This document shows positions 34,062 through 43,600 of a stretch of DNA of 64,000 nt, in pieces. This DNA is from Candidatus Bipolaricaulota bacterium. GTDB lineage: Bacteria > Bipolaricaulota > Bipolaricaulia > UBA7950 > UBA9294. The stretch covers positions 4,478 through 68,477 of the forward strand of contig JAUWGE010000001.1 in the NCBI GenBank assembly GCA_030606565.1. The letters are read 5' to 3'. The notes under the pieces are model-generated. The model saw only the letters and a program-made list of their open reading frames with translations. It was not told the DNA's origin and made no database searches. The position numbers and the translations under genes were made by a program. Each line of letters starts with the position of its first letter. The first letter of the stretch is position 1.

Positions 34062-37000
34062 TTATCTCAGGATCGCGAGCTTCTTTACCTCGCTCACGAC
34101 CCACTCACCATTGACCAGCGCGTACAGCTTGTAGAGATACACCCCGTTGGCGAGGTACTCGACGTCGCTGTTCTCGGTGTGCCAGTCAAGGCTCGCGCCA
34201 GGCTCCTCGGCCTCGTAGACCAGTCGGCCGGCAAGGTCGAAGATCTGGACCTTGATCGCCTCGACGTACGCTGCCGCGCCCTTCACCGCAAACGTGGTGG
34301 TGTGGACATCGATGATCGGGTTCGGACTAACTGTAAATGTCAGCACCTCTAGGATTTCACGCAACGAGAGCGTGGGCGGTGGCGGCGGATTCCCCATGGT
34401 CCCTGTACAAGCGCGCCACACCACCTCGCCACATGCAGATCCCGTAGTTATGCCAGATCCGGAGGGTGCGAAATGCAGGATGACCCCACTCGTGAGCGCC
34501 TTCAACCAATAGCCCGTCCAGGGGTCGAGAACTGCACCTGAGCTACCATCGATAGCTTCGTACTCCCCGGTTAGTACGTTGTATGTCCAAAGACGACCCT
34601 CAATCCAGCCAGCAGCCACCGCGTCAGCGAGCGATTTCACTTCACCGTCCTTGGACAAGGTGATCGAGTCACCGCTACCCCACACAACGGGGTAAGGAAC
34701 GCCGATCATGTGCCAGCCCGCTCGCTCCAATAGCAGCGCTTGCTCTCCCACCAGGGAGTCACCTTGGAAGTGAAGCTCCATCGGCTCGCCAAGACAGAGC
34801 CAATACCCGTGCATACAGCAGATGGCGGTGAGCGTCCCTGCCTGACAACTGTCATAGCACTGGCCGTTGTAGTTGAACAGACGCAGCGGATCAATGCCAG
34901 CAAAGACTACTTCCGGGGTATTGTCCTCAAGCGACAGCGGAATCGCGATCATGTGCCAGCCCGCGGACAGGTTCAACACATTCTCGGCCTCGAGGGCAGT
35001 GATCGTCACGTCATCGTAGTCGGACTTGCTAGAATGATTCGTCACTACCAATGTGATCACATACCGACCCGGCACGTCGGGAATGAAGGTTGGGTCAACC
35101 GTATTGCTGTTGGACAACATCGCCCGACTACCGGTGGGCTTCACGGCGATCGACCAATCGTAGCCGACCCAATCGCTTCTTGTATCTCGCGATTCCGACG
35201 CGGACCCATCCAACTGCACCAAGCGCCCCACGGTCACTGTTTGATCTTCTCCCGCGTCCGCCTCGGGACGCGGGCGACTCGGCCCACCGCCGCCGGCAGC
35301 CGTTCCCGATCCGAAGGCAAGGCCGGTCAGGTCGTCGAGTGTGGGTTGGGTTGTGGGAGTAACGGTTACCTCCACACAATTGGTAGCTGCATTGAACACC
35401 TGATTGGAGCATTGCTGCCAGGCCGCGCCATCCCAGTAGGAGATGATCGTACGCGCATTCGACGGGCAAAAGTCGATCGTTAAGCTGTTTACACCTGTAT
35501 CGTCATCCAAATGGACATCCCAGTAGTTGCCGGTTGCGTTTCCCAACGCCGTACCGCCGGGATTGTTGTTGTACGTGGCAGTTGTGATCGTGTGATCTCC
35601 TGCTGCGTCGATATCAATGGAGCCGATCCCGGTCACAGTATCATCAGCAGGGACCGTACCGTCACCAGAGACAGTGTTCGACGACGCCTCCCCCAACTCC
35701 GCTCCTGTCCACGGGCAGTAGTCCACGTTGGCGCTGACCTTGTCGCCAGTGCCATCAGCGTTCACCTCAGTTGTGGGATCATCGGTGCAGGGCGGGACCT
35801 CGTTTGTGCCATCAGTATCCTCTGGCCCACTGTCATCGCCCCACCAGTTGTTGGTGGCGTCAAATTGGTTTGTATCCACGTTTTCAACACCGTACCGCGT
35901 ACTGCCGGTGATATTGTTGAAATGGGCTTCGTTGCTTGCATGATGGACGAACAAGCCGACGACATTCCCCGTCAGGGTGTTTCCCTGCACGCTGACGTTA
36001 GTAGGGCTCTCGCCAGGCATCCCTCCGATAATGATCCCCGAATTCCAATACGTGTTAACACCTACAGGCTTTGAATCAGCATAGGTGAGACCCATGTCGG
36101 TGACGGTATTGTTGGTAATCGTACAATCCGACGACCATATCTGGATGCCGTTGATACCGTCGCTAACTGTGTTGCTGTCAACGGTAACGTTACCGCCAGC
36201 AGCACTAGGATTGACATTGTCTTGTACATGTATTGAAGCGTAATCCCAGTCGCCGGTGCCGTCCCCACCATAATAGTTACACTTGGTCAGGGTGTTATCA
36301 TAAACATAAGTGTATGGAGCGCCAATGACCTGGATACCCGGGTACTTGGTTCCAGAGATGATATTGCCTATCACCTGTACCCTGTCTGCTGTCCCGGTAG
36401 CGCCAGACCTTATTATGTTTATACCCTTATCCTCAGTAGCGTTAATCTCGTTATTGTAGATATAGGTGTATGGGCTGCCAAAGGTCTGGATACATGCAGC
36501 ACCCCAGGTGTTTCCGCAGTCAGATACAATGTTACCAGTTACTTCTACCCTGGTTGCTTCGCTAGTGGCAGGGCAATTTCTTACATATATGCCCTTATCT
36601 GCACAAGAGCTGACTATGCAATTTGAGACTCTACACCCTGTGACACCATTAAGGTAAAATCCATTCTCCCCATTTATCGCCTTGATCCCTTGTACTATTA
36701 CATTATTCGTGGTTATCTCGAAGCAGTTATTGGCTGATTGCGGGGCAGCATATTGCACCAATACCATCTCGGGATTTCCAACATCACCGGTGATGGTCAC
36801 CCCTTTGTTAACGACAATTGCCTGAGTAATTGTATACGTCCCCGCTGCCACATTGACTGTGCTGGCGGTGACTTCGTCCACGCCCTCCTGGATGCGCCCG
36901 GTTGCACCAGTTTGTGGGCTGTCATCATCCACGTTTAGCACGGACAAATCGCCCTGGAAACCGGGTCCGGGATCTGTGTCAGTCCCGCTGTCCAGCCAGG

Positions 37001-38009
37001 GGGTGTAGTCGACATCGGCGCTGACTTCGCCAGCTACGCCGGCTGCGGTGTTGGTGCTCCACCAGTTGCATGAGGCATCAAGGGTTGTTCCAACATCTAG
37101 GTTGTTTACTCCGTAGGCGACACTGCTATAGATGCTGTTGTAATTGATAGTATGGTCTGCATTATGAACAATCCTGACACCGTCTCTAGCACTGCCATAT
37201 ATTTCGTTATACTGAATGTTCACATCGTGAGAATTGGCAGTTCTGATGCCATCGTGGCCAACATTCTTGATTTCGTTGTACTCTACGGTGTTGTTCGAAC
37301 CTACTGAGGAGTAATTGAAAAGGATCCCTGCGCCACCTGAGTTCTCTATCAGGTTATGCTCAATTAGACTATTAGTGATATCAGCAGTCCATGAGTTCAA
37401 GCCAAGGAACATTCCACAACCACCACTAGGACCTATGTCCAGAATCCAATTATAGGACACAGTCAGATTGTCGCACTCGCAGGCGAAGATGCCAGGCGCA
37501 TTCGTTGTCACAGGCGACGCGGAAGGCGTTACGATGTTGTTCTTGATGACTACATCGTCAGCTCTATTCTCGACAATATCGTCACCAGCTTTAAGCGTGA
37601 AGCCATCAATTATAACGCCATCGGCACCATCGAAGATATAGATGGCATTGCCATGTGGGACGTTGGGTCCTTCAATGATGGACTCCGCAACACGCGTACC
37701 GTAACCAGGGGTTCCTGCATTGGCACCGCGGAGCGTTATCCCACCTTGGCTGCCATCGAATTTCAGTCCATAGTGATCCGTCGCGAATGGCCCTCCTGCC
37801 GGGGTATACGTCCCCGCCGCCACGTTGATCGTGTCGCCAGCAGCAGCGGCATCAATGGCAGCTTGTATCTTACAGTAGGGGTCGGCCTGAGTACCACTAC
37901 CAGGCCCTGGGCAGTTGTCATCATCAACATACCAATCCGCCGCCAACCCCACCGCTCCCGATACCAAAATCGTTAATGCCAGCACTCCTACAGCCATCCA
38001 CCGTTTCAT
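34062..38009 (-). CDS. Large secreted right-handed parallel beta-helix (pectate-lyase-fold) protein with C-terminal conserved cassette and sorting-type C-terminal domain
   Basis: The signal peptide is MKRWMAVGVLALTILVSGAVGLA. The N-terminal motif is DWYVDDDNCPGPGSGTQADPYCKIQAAIDAAAAGDTINVAAGTY. Many NxxxxN/IxxN beta-helix rungs follow. The C-terminus is ...VQIFDLAGRLVYEAEEPGASLDWHTENSDVEYLANGVYLYKLYALVNGEWVVSEVKKLAILR. The start is ATG 38009 after AGGAGGAGGA. Confidence 0.8.
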   Translation of the reverse strand: MKRWMAVGVLALTILVSGAVGLAADWYVDDDNCPGPGSGTQADPYCKIQAAIDAAAAGDTINVAAGTYTPAGGPFATDHYGLKFDGSQGGITLRGANAGTPGYGTRVAESIIEGPNVPHGNAIYIFDGADGVIIDGFTLKAGDDIVENRADDVVIKNNIVTPSASPVTTNAPGIFACECDNLTVSYNWILDIGPSGGCGMFLGLNSWTADITNSLIEHNLIENSGGAGILFNYSSVGSNNTVEYNEIKNVGHDGIRTANSHDVNIQYNEIYGSARDGVRIVHNADHTINYNSIYSSVAYGVNNLDVGTTLDASCNWWSTNTAAGVAGEVSADVDYTPWLDSGTDTDPGPGFQGDLSVLNVDDDSPQTGATGRIQEGVDEVTASTVNVAAGTYTITQAIVVNKGVTITGDVGNPEMVLVQYAAPQSANNCFEITTNNVIVQGIKAINGENGFYLNGVTGCRVSNCIVSSCADKGIYVRNCPATSEATRVEVTGNIVSDCGNTWGAACIQTFGSPYTYIYNNEINATEDKGINIIRSGATGTADRVQVIGNIISGTKYPGIQVIGAPYTYVYDNTLTKCNYYGGDGTGDWDYASIHVQDNVNPSAAGGNVTVDSNTVSDGINGIQIWSSDCTITNNTVTDMGLTYADSKPVGVNTYWNSGIIIGGMPGESPTNVSVQGNTLTGNVVGLFVHHASNEAHFNNITGSTRYGVENVDTNQFDATNNWWGDDSGPEDTDGTNEVPPCTDDPTTEVNADGTGDKVSANVDYCPWTGAELGEASSNTVSGDGTVPADDTVTGIGSIDIDAAGDHTITTATYNNNPGGTALGNATGNYWDVHLDDDTGVNSLTIDFCPSNARTIISYWDGAAWQQCSNQVFNAATNCVEVTVTPTTQPTLDDLTGLAFGSGTAAGGGGPSRPRPEADAGEDQTVTVGRLVQLDGSASESRDTRSDWVGYDWSIAVKPTGSRAMLSNSNTVDPTFIPDVPGRYVITLVVTNHSSKSDYDDVTITALEAENVLNLSAGWHMIAIPLSLEDNTPEVVFAGIDPLRLFNYNGQCYDSCQAGTLTAICCMHGYWLCLGEPMELHFQGDSLVGEQALLLERAGWHMIGVPYPVVWGSGDSITLSKDGEVKSLADAVAAGWIEGRLWTYNVLTGEYEAIDGSSGAVLDPWTGYWLKALTSGVILHFAPSGSGITTGSACGEVVWRACTGTMGNPPPPPTLSLREILEVLTFTVSPNPIIDVHTTTFAVKGAAAYVEAIKVQIFDLAGRLVYEAEEPGASLDWHTENSDVEYLANGVYLYKLYALVNGEWVVSEVKKLAILR

Positions 38010-38211
38010 TTCCTCCTCCTTCTCAAACAAAAGAGCTCCCTTTCGGAGCTCCTATGATCCGCTAACAAGTAAAGAACCATTCACTATCAAATCTCTACAC
38101 TTCTCCCCCGCCCTAAGAAGTAAATCACCCATCTACATCACCAGCGTCTCCTGATACCCCCTTTAGCATAACATACAATCTGCAATTATGGATTTTTTAA
38201 TCACATAACTA

Positions 38212-38262
38212 CTATATAACTCGTTACACGTATTTGTACTATATAGCTCGTTACACGTATTT
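38212..38262. promoter_or_regulatory. 23-bp AT-rich direct repeat (x2) in the promoter region of the beta-helix gene
   Basis: ctatataactcgttacacgtatttgt / ctatatagctcgttacacgtatttgt. Each copy contains the partial palindrome ACACGT. Confidence 0.35.
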
Positions 38263-38596
38263 GTCAAGTGTTTGTTGTCCGCAGAAGCCTTAACATTGAG
38301 CACCTTTGCTTAGAGAAGACCTCTCCGGCAGTATCCATCGTGTGAGCGCTGCCAAGGAACTCGTCATCTGCGGAGGAATGCTGGGGCACGTGTAAGCAGT
38401 TAGCAATCCATAGCCCATGCGAAACGCTCTCCAACAGTGATCCGCTCGACGTTGACTTCTCGCCGCCGAGCGCGCAAAGAACGCGGAGAGATTCCTGATC
38501 GCCGTCCGTGATCTCGACGATCTCCGCGGTGAGCTGGAAAGGTCGAACACTGACTGCTGATGGCTTCAAAGAAAACAGCACGGGATCTGGCGTTCT

Positions 38597-38870
38597 TCGT
38601 TTTCTCTCGCCCGCTCGTTGCACTCACTCAAGACGCAAAGATCGCTGAGGAATTGAGAGATCGGAAGATTGAATGATCGGGAGATCGGATGATTGATAGA
38701 TTGAATGATCGGGAGATCGGATGATTGATAGATTGAATGATCGGGGGATCGTATAATTGATAGATTGAATGATCGGGGGATCGTATAATTGATAGATTGA
38801 ATCATCGGGGGATTGAGAGATTGGGGAGTTAAATCACTCAATTGCTAAATCACTCAATCTCTCACTCAAT
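38597..38870. repeat. Composite 8-mer tandem-array element (copy 3 of 3; 5 tandem ~32-bp units)
   Basis: gattgaatgatcgggagatcggatgattgata is repeated 5 times with minor variants, then AATCACTCAATTGCTAAATCACTCAATCTCTCAC follows. The right-end motif ctcaatccgaagaagtctggtaagatatc recurs at 39030..39058. Confidence 0.65.
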
Positions 38871-39057
38871 TGCCCTCTCTGCGTACTCCGCATCCTCGGC
38901 GGTGGAAGCTTCTGCTTCGCAAGGAGAAGAGGCTTGTAGAACAGGTTCTGTAAAAAAGCCAAAAGCAAAGCCCCCATGATCTCTACTGATATGGAGGTGA
39001 TGAAGCCAGATCGCTTATATGGGGAAAATACTCAATCCGAAGAAGTCTGGTAAGATA

Positions 39058-39315
39058 TCAGTCCTTGAGTAGCTTAAGACGCTTTAGATCCTCTTCGCTC
39101 CACTGAGCCTGCTTGCCAATCATGCTTTGCAGGGTGCCGATCTTAAAGGTTTGACCAGGGTAGTGGAAGGTCACGGTAACTCTACGGCCATCGGCGTGTG
39201 CATAGCGATGATGTGATCCTCGTCGACGCTTGCGGCAAAACCTATCCCGCTCCAAGGCCGTGATCAATTTGCCAGCCGTAAGGCTGCGGAGTTTGCTGTA
39301 GTCGATCTCGCTCAT
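39058..39315 (-). CDS. hicA: HicA-family toxin
   Basis: ...GSHHRYAHADGRRVTVTFHYPGQTFKIGTLQSMIGKQ is the HicA/YcfA pattern. Confidence 0.75.
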   Translation of the reverse strand: MSEIDYSKLRSLTAGKLITALERDRFCRKRRRGSHHRYAHADGRRVTVTFHYPGQTFKIGTLQSMIGKQAQWSEEDLKRLKLLKD

Positions 39316-39581
39316 ATGGCGACGCTAATGGCTGGCTCATCAAGGACTTTAATCTCGCTCTCCGGTCCAGTAGGAATAGGCCTGCCTTCCTCCAAGAACT
39401 CTTTCAGGATCATCTCCAGGACTTCGTGGATGTTCTTGAGGGCTTCTTCCTTGGTTTCGCCCCAGGTTGAGGCACCTTGCGCCTCAAGGATCGGGATATG
39501 AGCACGCCAAACCGCTGCGCTCTCAGGCTCATCAGGCCAGCGATCCTCTTCAAGGACGATACGAAAGACGTAGGTCTTCAT
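39312..39581 (-). CDS. hicB: HicB-family antitoxin
   Basis: MKTYVFRIVLEEDRWPDEPESAAVWRAHIPILEAQGASTWGETKEEALKNIHEVLEMIL is the HicB/UPF0150 fold. It overlaps hicA. Confidence 0.7.
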   Translation of the reverse strand: MKTYVFRIVLEEDRWPDEPESAAVWRAHIPILEAQGASTWGETKEEALKNIHEVLEMILKEFLEEGRPIPTGPESEIKVLDEPAISVAI

Positions 39582-39671
39582 CCCTTCCTCCTCCGACTTC
39601 CCCTGCTCGAGGCTTGCCATAATGTGAAGATACGGCAACAGAGTTTTCTTGTCAAGGATAGAAATGCTTTG

Positions 39672-39932
39672 TTAGCCCATTCCTTTAATCATTTGTTTGT
39701 ATTCGTTATGAGTACCAATCCAAACCCAAATGAAGTCTCCACCATCCTCAACCGCAAGGGCCCTATGATTAATCCCAGCTCGAACTGACCAAAATTTACT
39801 TACTTTCTTGAAATGGAGGGAGGGATGCAAAGGGTTCGCCTTGAGCAGCTCGAAGTTTCTCTTTGATACCTTTTGAACAGGGGCAGGAAGACTCTCAAAG
39901 CATGTCCAGAACCGGCTTGTTGTTCTATGCAT
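39672..39932 (-). CDS. RelE/ParE-superfamily toxin-like protein (paralog of 27205..27474)
   Basis: ...FESLPAPVQKVSKRNFELLKANPLHPSLHFKKVSKFWSVRAGINHRALAVEDGGDFIWVWIGTHNEYKQ. Confidence 0.55.
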   Translation of the reverse strand: MHRTTSRFWTCFESLPAPVQKVSKRNFELLKANPLHPSLHFKKVSKFWSVRAGINHRALAVEDGGDFIWVWIGTHNEYKQMIKGMG

Positions 39933-40133
39933 TTAGAGTTTCTTTAGCCTTCCCTTCGCTTTTTCATCACTGGCTTCCGTGATCAGAAAGTCCAATTTCC
40001 CTGATTCTGAGTCTATCTCAATCTGTCTATCCCATTTTTCCTGATCCCTTTCAGAGAACCACTGCCTCAACTGCTCATATTCCTTTTCCGGGAGAGATTC
40101 AATTGAACATAAAATTTCCTCTACTTTTGGCAT
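39933..40133 (-). CDS. Putative antitoxin partner
   Basis: MPKVEEILCSIESLPEKEYEQLRQWFSERDQEKWDRQIE... It is adjacent to and co-oriented with 39672..39932. Confidence 0.45.
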   Translation of the reverse strand: MPKVEEILCSIESLPEKEYEQLRQWFSERDQEKWDRQIEIDSESGKLDFLITEASDEKAKGRLKKL

Positions 40134-40550
40134 ATATAGCTCCTTTTCTATTCATCAACTCACAATGATCCGCCAGCACACCCGCTTGATAGTACGATGG
40201 GTGATCCTGTCCGTCAATACGTCTCACAGGCGGTGGACTGATTGGCGACAATTATTTGGCTCTTTCGCAGGTTGGCTGATGGTGGGAGCAAGCTTTCTTC
40301 CGGCGGCGTGGAAGCCGCCTCTGCTTCTGGTCTTTCCATCTCACCGCAGAGCAGCAGGCTCTCGCTCCCATGCCCAGCCCGGGGGACGCAGTATAACTCC
40401 GGTCTTTTCCTTCAAAGCGCTTGAACGCATGATAAACAGATAGGTACGGGTCTTGTTCTCGTGTAGCTAGCCCATTAATCAGCCAACCTGCAAAAGACCC
40501 GAAAATAAGCTGATGGCTGACGGCTAATAGCTACCAACTCCCTAACAAAG

Positions 40551-40592
40551 AAAATCCCCGACCCCGGGAGAATTCCCCAGGGCCGGGGGAAA
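40551..40592 (-). terminator. Terminator-like hairpin after the second beta-helix gene (minus strand)
   Basis: ccccgaccccggg...cccagggccggggg is preceded by AAAA on the plus strand. The region is near-identical to 34014..34060. Confidence 0.4.
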
Positions 40593-40604
40593 TTGCGAAT
40601 TAGG

Positions 40605-43600
40605 TTATCTTAGGATCGCGAGCTTCTTGGTCTCGCTCACAACCCACTCACCATTGACGAGCGCGTACAGCTTGTAGAGATATACCCCGTTTGCGAGGTA
40701 CTCCCCGTAGTCGCTGTCGGTATGCCAGTCTAGGCTTGTTCCAGCTTCCTCGGCCTCGTAGACCAGTCGACCAGCAAGGTCGTAGATCTCGACCTTGACA
40801 GCGTCCACGAACGCCGCGCCCGCACCCTTCACCGCAAAGGTGGTGGTGTGGACATCAACGATCGGGTTCGGGTAGTTGCCGAACTCAAGGTCATCCGCAC
40901 CCACAGAGGGTGAAGGAGGCATCGGAGGAAGATCAGCCGGCACCACAAGGGCCTTTGGCCCCATTGGTGCAAATGAAGCACTGACCGGTGTACCCGAAGC
41001 GTAGAGAAGCTTCAGGGAGAGACCGGACACGTTGGCCCGCACCCAGTAACCGTACCACGGGTTGATCGTGCTGGGCATGGTGTAATCGGTACCGGTTGCC
41101 GAATACGCGTAGATGTCATCGCGTACCCAGCCGGCAGTTGCCGCATCGGCCCAGGTCTTCTCTTGAGCGCCCTTTATCACCTTAATCGCGCTCTTCGGAT
41201 AGCTCCACGGAGCGCTTACCTGATGCCAGCCTGTGCACGAGATGTTGATCGTGACATCGCTCGTCACTTGACTACCAGAGTCTGTGACGCTCTTACTCGC
41301 GGGCAGGCTCACCCAGTATCCGAACTCGGGCTCGACCATCGAAACGATGTCGTAAACCTCAGTTGCGCAGTTCCAGCGATAGGCAACCGTGCCGAACAGG
41401 GCACTCGGCGTACCGCTGTTTAACGGGACCGAGACCATGTACCAGCCAGCCGCCGCACCGTAGATGTGGGACTTGCCAGGCACGGTTCCGCAGAGCGTCC
41501 AACCAGTAAAGTCGACGTCGCCAAAGACGTTGACTCCCTTGACAGGCTCCACTCCCCAACCGTTATCCGTAGCATCGAGCATTCCGAGCCCGTCGTTTCG
41601 AGCGAGGATCGGCGCATCGAAGCAGTTGCCGTGGAGGTCGAACGTATCAGCATTCCCAAGGGTTGTGACCAAGAGAGCTGTGGCACCGCCGTACACCTTA
41701 TTCACGTTGGTGATGTCAGCCGCTCCGCTTTCCATCGAGATACCAGTAACGTTGCCGGTGAGGATGTTCCCCTTGACCTCGAGCGGGTTGTTGATCGTGC
41801 CGCCCCGCAACCGGAGACCAACATCGATCATGCCCTCGATGGTGTTGTTCTTCACCGGGGTCTCGTTCGGGGTTGTGATGTCGATTCCCACGCGGAGATT
41901 GCCGGTGTTCGTGACTGTGTTCCCCACGAGGGTGTTGTTTGTCCCCGCCAACATCCGAATTCCAACCGCCACATCAGTGCTATCACCCGTCACCGTCGTG
42001 AAGTCCTTGACGGTGTTGTTAATGATGTCGCAGTTGTCAGGGACAGTACCTGCTCCGGATGAATCAAGCACGTCAATACCCACCGCGTAGGTGGAGCTTC
42101 CAGCGTTGATGACCGTGTTGCCGTCTACCACGTTGTTGTCCGCACCCGCGTTCGCGCCGCCAATGTCATCGAGACGGATCGCAGCAAAGCGGGAGGCGGC
42201 GACGTTCACCGCGTCCTTCGCGGCATTCTCAACGGTGTTTCCGACGATGTTGTTGTTATCACCACCGTTGACGAGGATCCCGTCCTGGCTTACCGAGAAG
42301 ATCGTGTTGTTCAGGATTTCGTTGTTGTTAAAGTTAACAACGTCCATGCCGATACCGCCGGTCAAGATGTTCTTGATCGTGTTGTTCTTGACAATCTGGT
42401 TCCCACCGCCAAACAGGATTCCCGCACCGCCGCCGGTGACGGTGTCCACCGTGTTCCCGGTGACTTCGCAGTTGGCGACCGTTAGGTCGATCCCATCGAA
42501 ACCACCGCTCACGCTCTTGACGGTGTTGTCCTTCACGAGAACGTTCCCGCCGGCGACGTTGATCCCATCACCCAGAGTCACCGCAGTGATCTTGTTTCCG
42601 ATCACCTGATCGTTCACGCCGGTACCGATGCCGTTACCACCGTTTACACCGGTGAACTCGTTGTTGCTGATCGTGTTGTTCCCGGCGGACGTGATCCCGG
42701 CGCCACCGACACTGACGAACGTGTTGGTGCTGATCATGTGGTTCGTTCCGCCACCCGCGTTGGCAATACCGGCCGCGCCAAGGTTGTTGAACGTGTTTCC
42801 AGTCACGGTGAAGTTCGAGTTCGCCCCGACATTCATCAGGATACCGTTAGCCGCAGCACCAAGAACGGAGTTGTCCGTAATCGTGGCATTTGTAGCACCA
42901 CTCGTCGCGGCGTCGATCGCGTCTCCAGCAGTTGTTGCATCCAGTTGATTACCCGAAATGATCGCGTTCGAGCTGCCGAACTGAATCGCATCACCACCGG
43001 TCCCACCACCTGTCACCTGGTTGTCACGGTATTGGTTGTTTGAACCGCCAGCGTCGAGGATCCCGATTCCCCCCGCGGCCTGCGCGTACGTGAAGATGTT
43101 TCGCAGGACCTGGGTGTTGTTGGAGTCGCCCGCTAGGTCGATGCCATTCGTGCGCAGCTGGCCGGCAATGTTGTCCCGGATCACACTGTTCGTGTACCCG
43201 TTCGCGCCCCCGACGAGCTGCCCCGCGAAGTTGATCGTGTTGTTCCAGGCAGAAAGGGTGTTGTAAGACGCAGCGCTCGCGTTCTCGATGAAGAACGTGG
43301 GAGCCGGAACAGCCAACGCTCCGATGACCTGGTTATCGTAGACCTGGGCACCGATCCCAAGCGTAAGTTGAATGGCTGGAACAGCGCCGATCGTTAAGTT
43401 GAACGTGTTATTTTTTACTATACAGTCGTTTCCTGCAAGCTGGATGGCAGCCGTGGCAAAAGCGCCTGCTCCGTCGTTGAACGTCATGCCTTGGATGCGC
43501 GCATTGCCGTTACACACGATCGCGTCGTCGGCAGCACCACCAGACGAAAAGATATCGAAGTTCTGAAGGGTGACGTCCTGGATCCCGATGTTGACGAGGA

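Noticed and set aside
38566-38841. ORFs 38566..38841- and 32729..32938+ with Ser/Ile/Asn/Gln-rich repeats
   Set aside because: They are translations of the 8-mer tandem arrays (repeat DNA), not genes.
32617-38870. Tandem ~32-bp direct repeats looked CRISPR-like at first glance
   Set aside because: The units are strictly head-to-tail with no unique spacers and sit inside larger palindromic composite elements. No cas genes are nearby.
25950-40600. Considered that the TA island is an integron cassette array with the GCTGAnn repeats as attC sites
   Set aside because: I could not find the R''(RYYYAAC)...R'(GTTRRRY) core sites at the repeat ends, or an intI/attI. The repeats are heterogeneous in length. 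Mixed gene orientation is also atypical for integron arrays.
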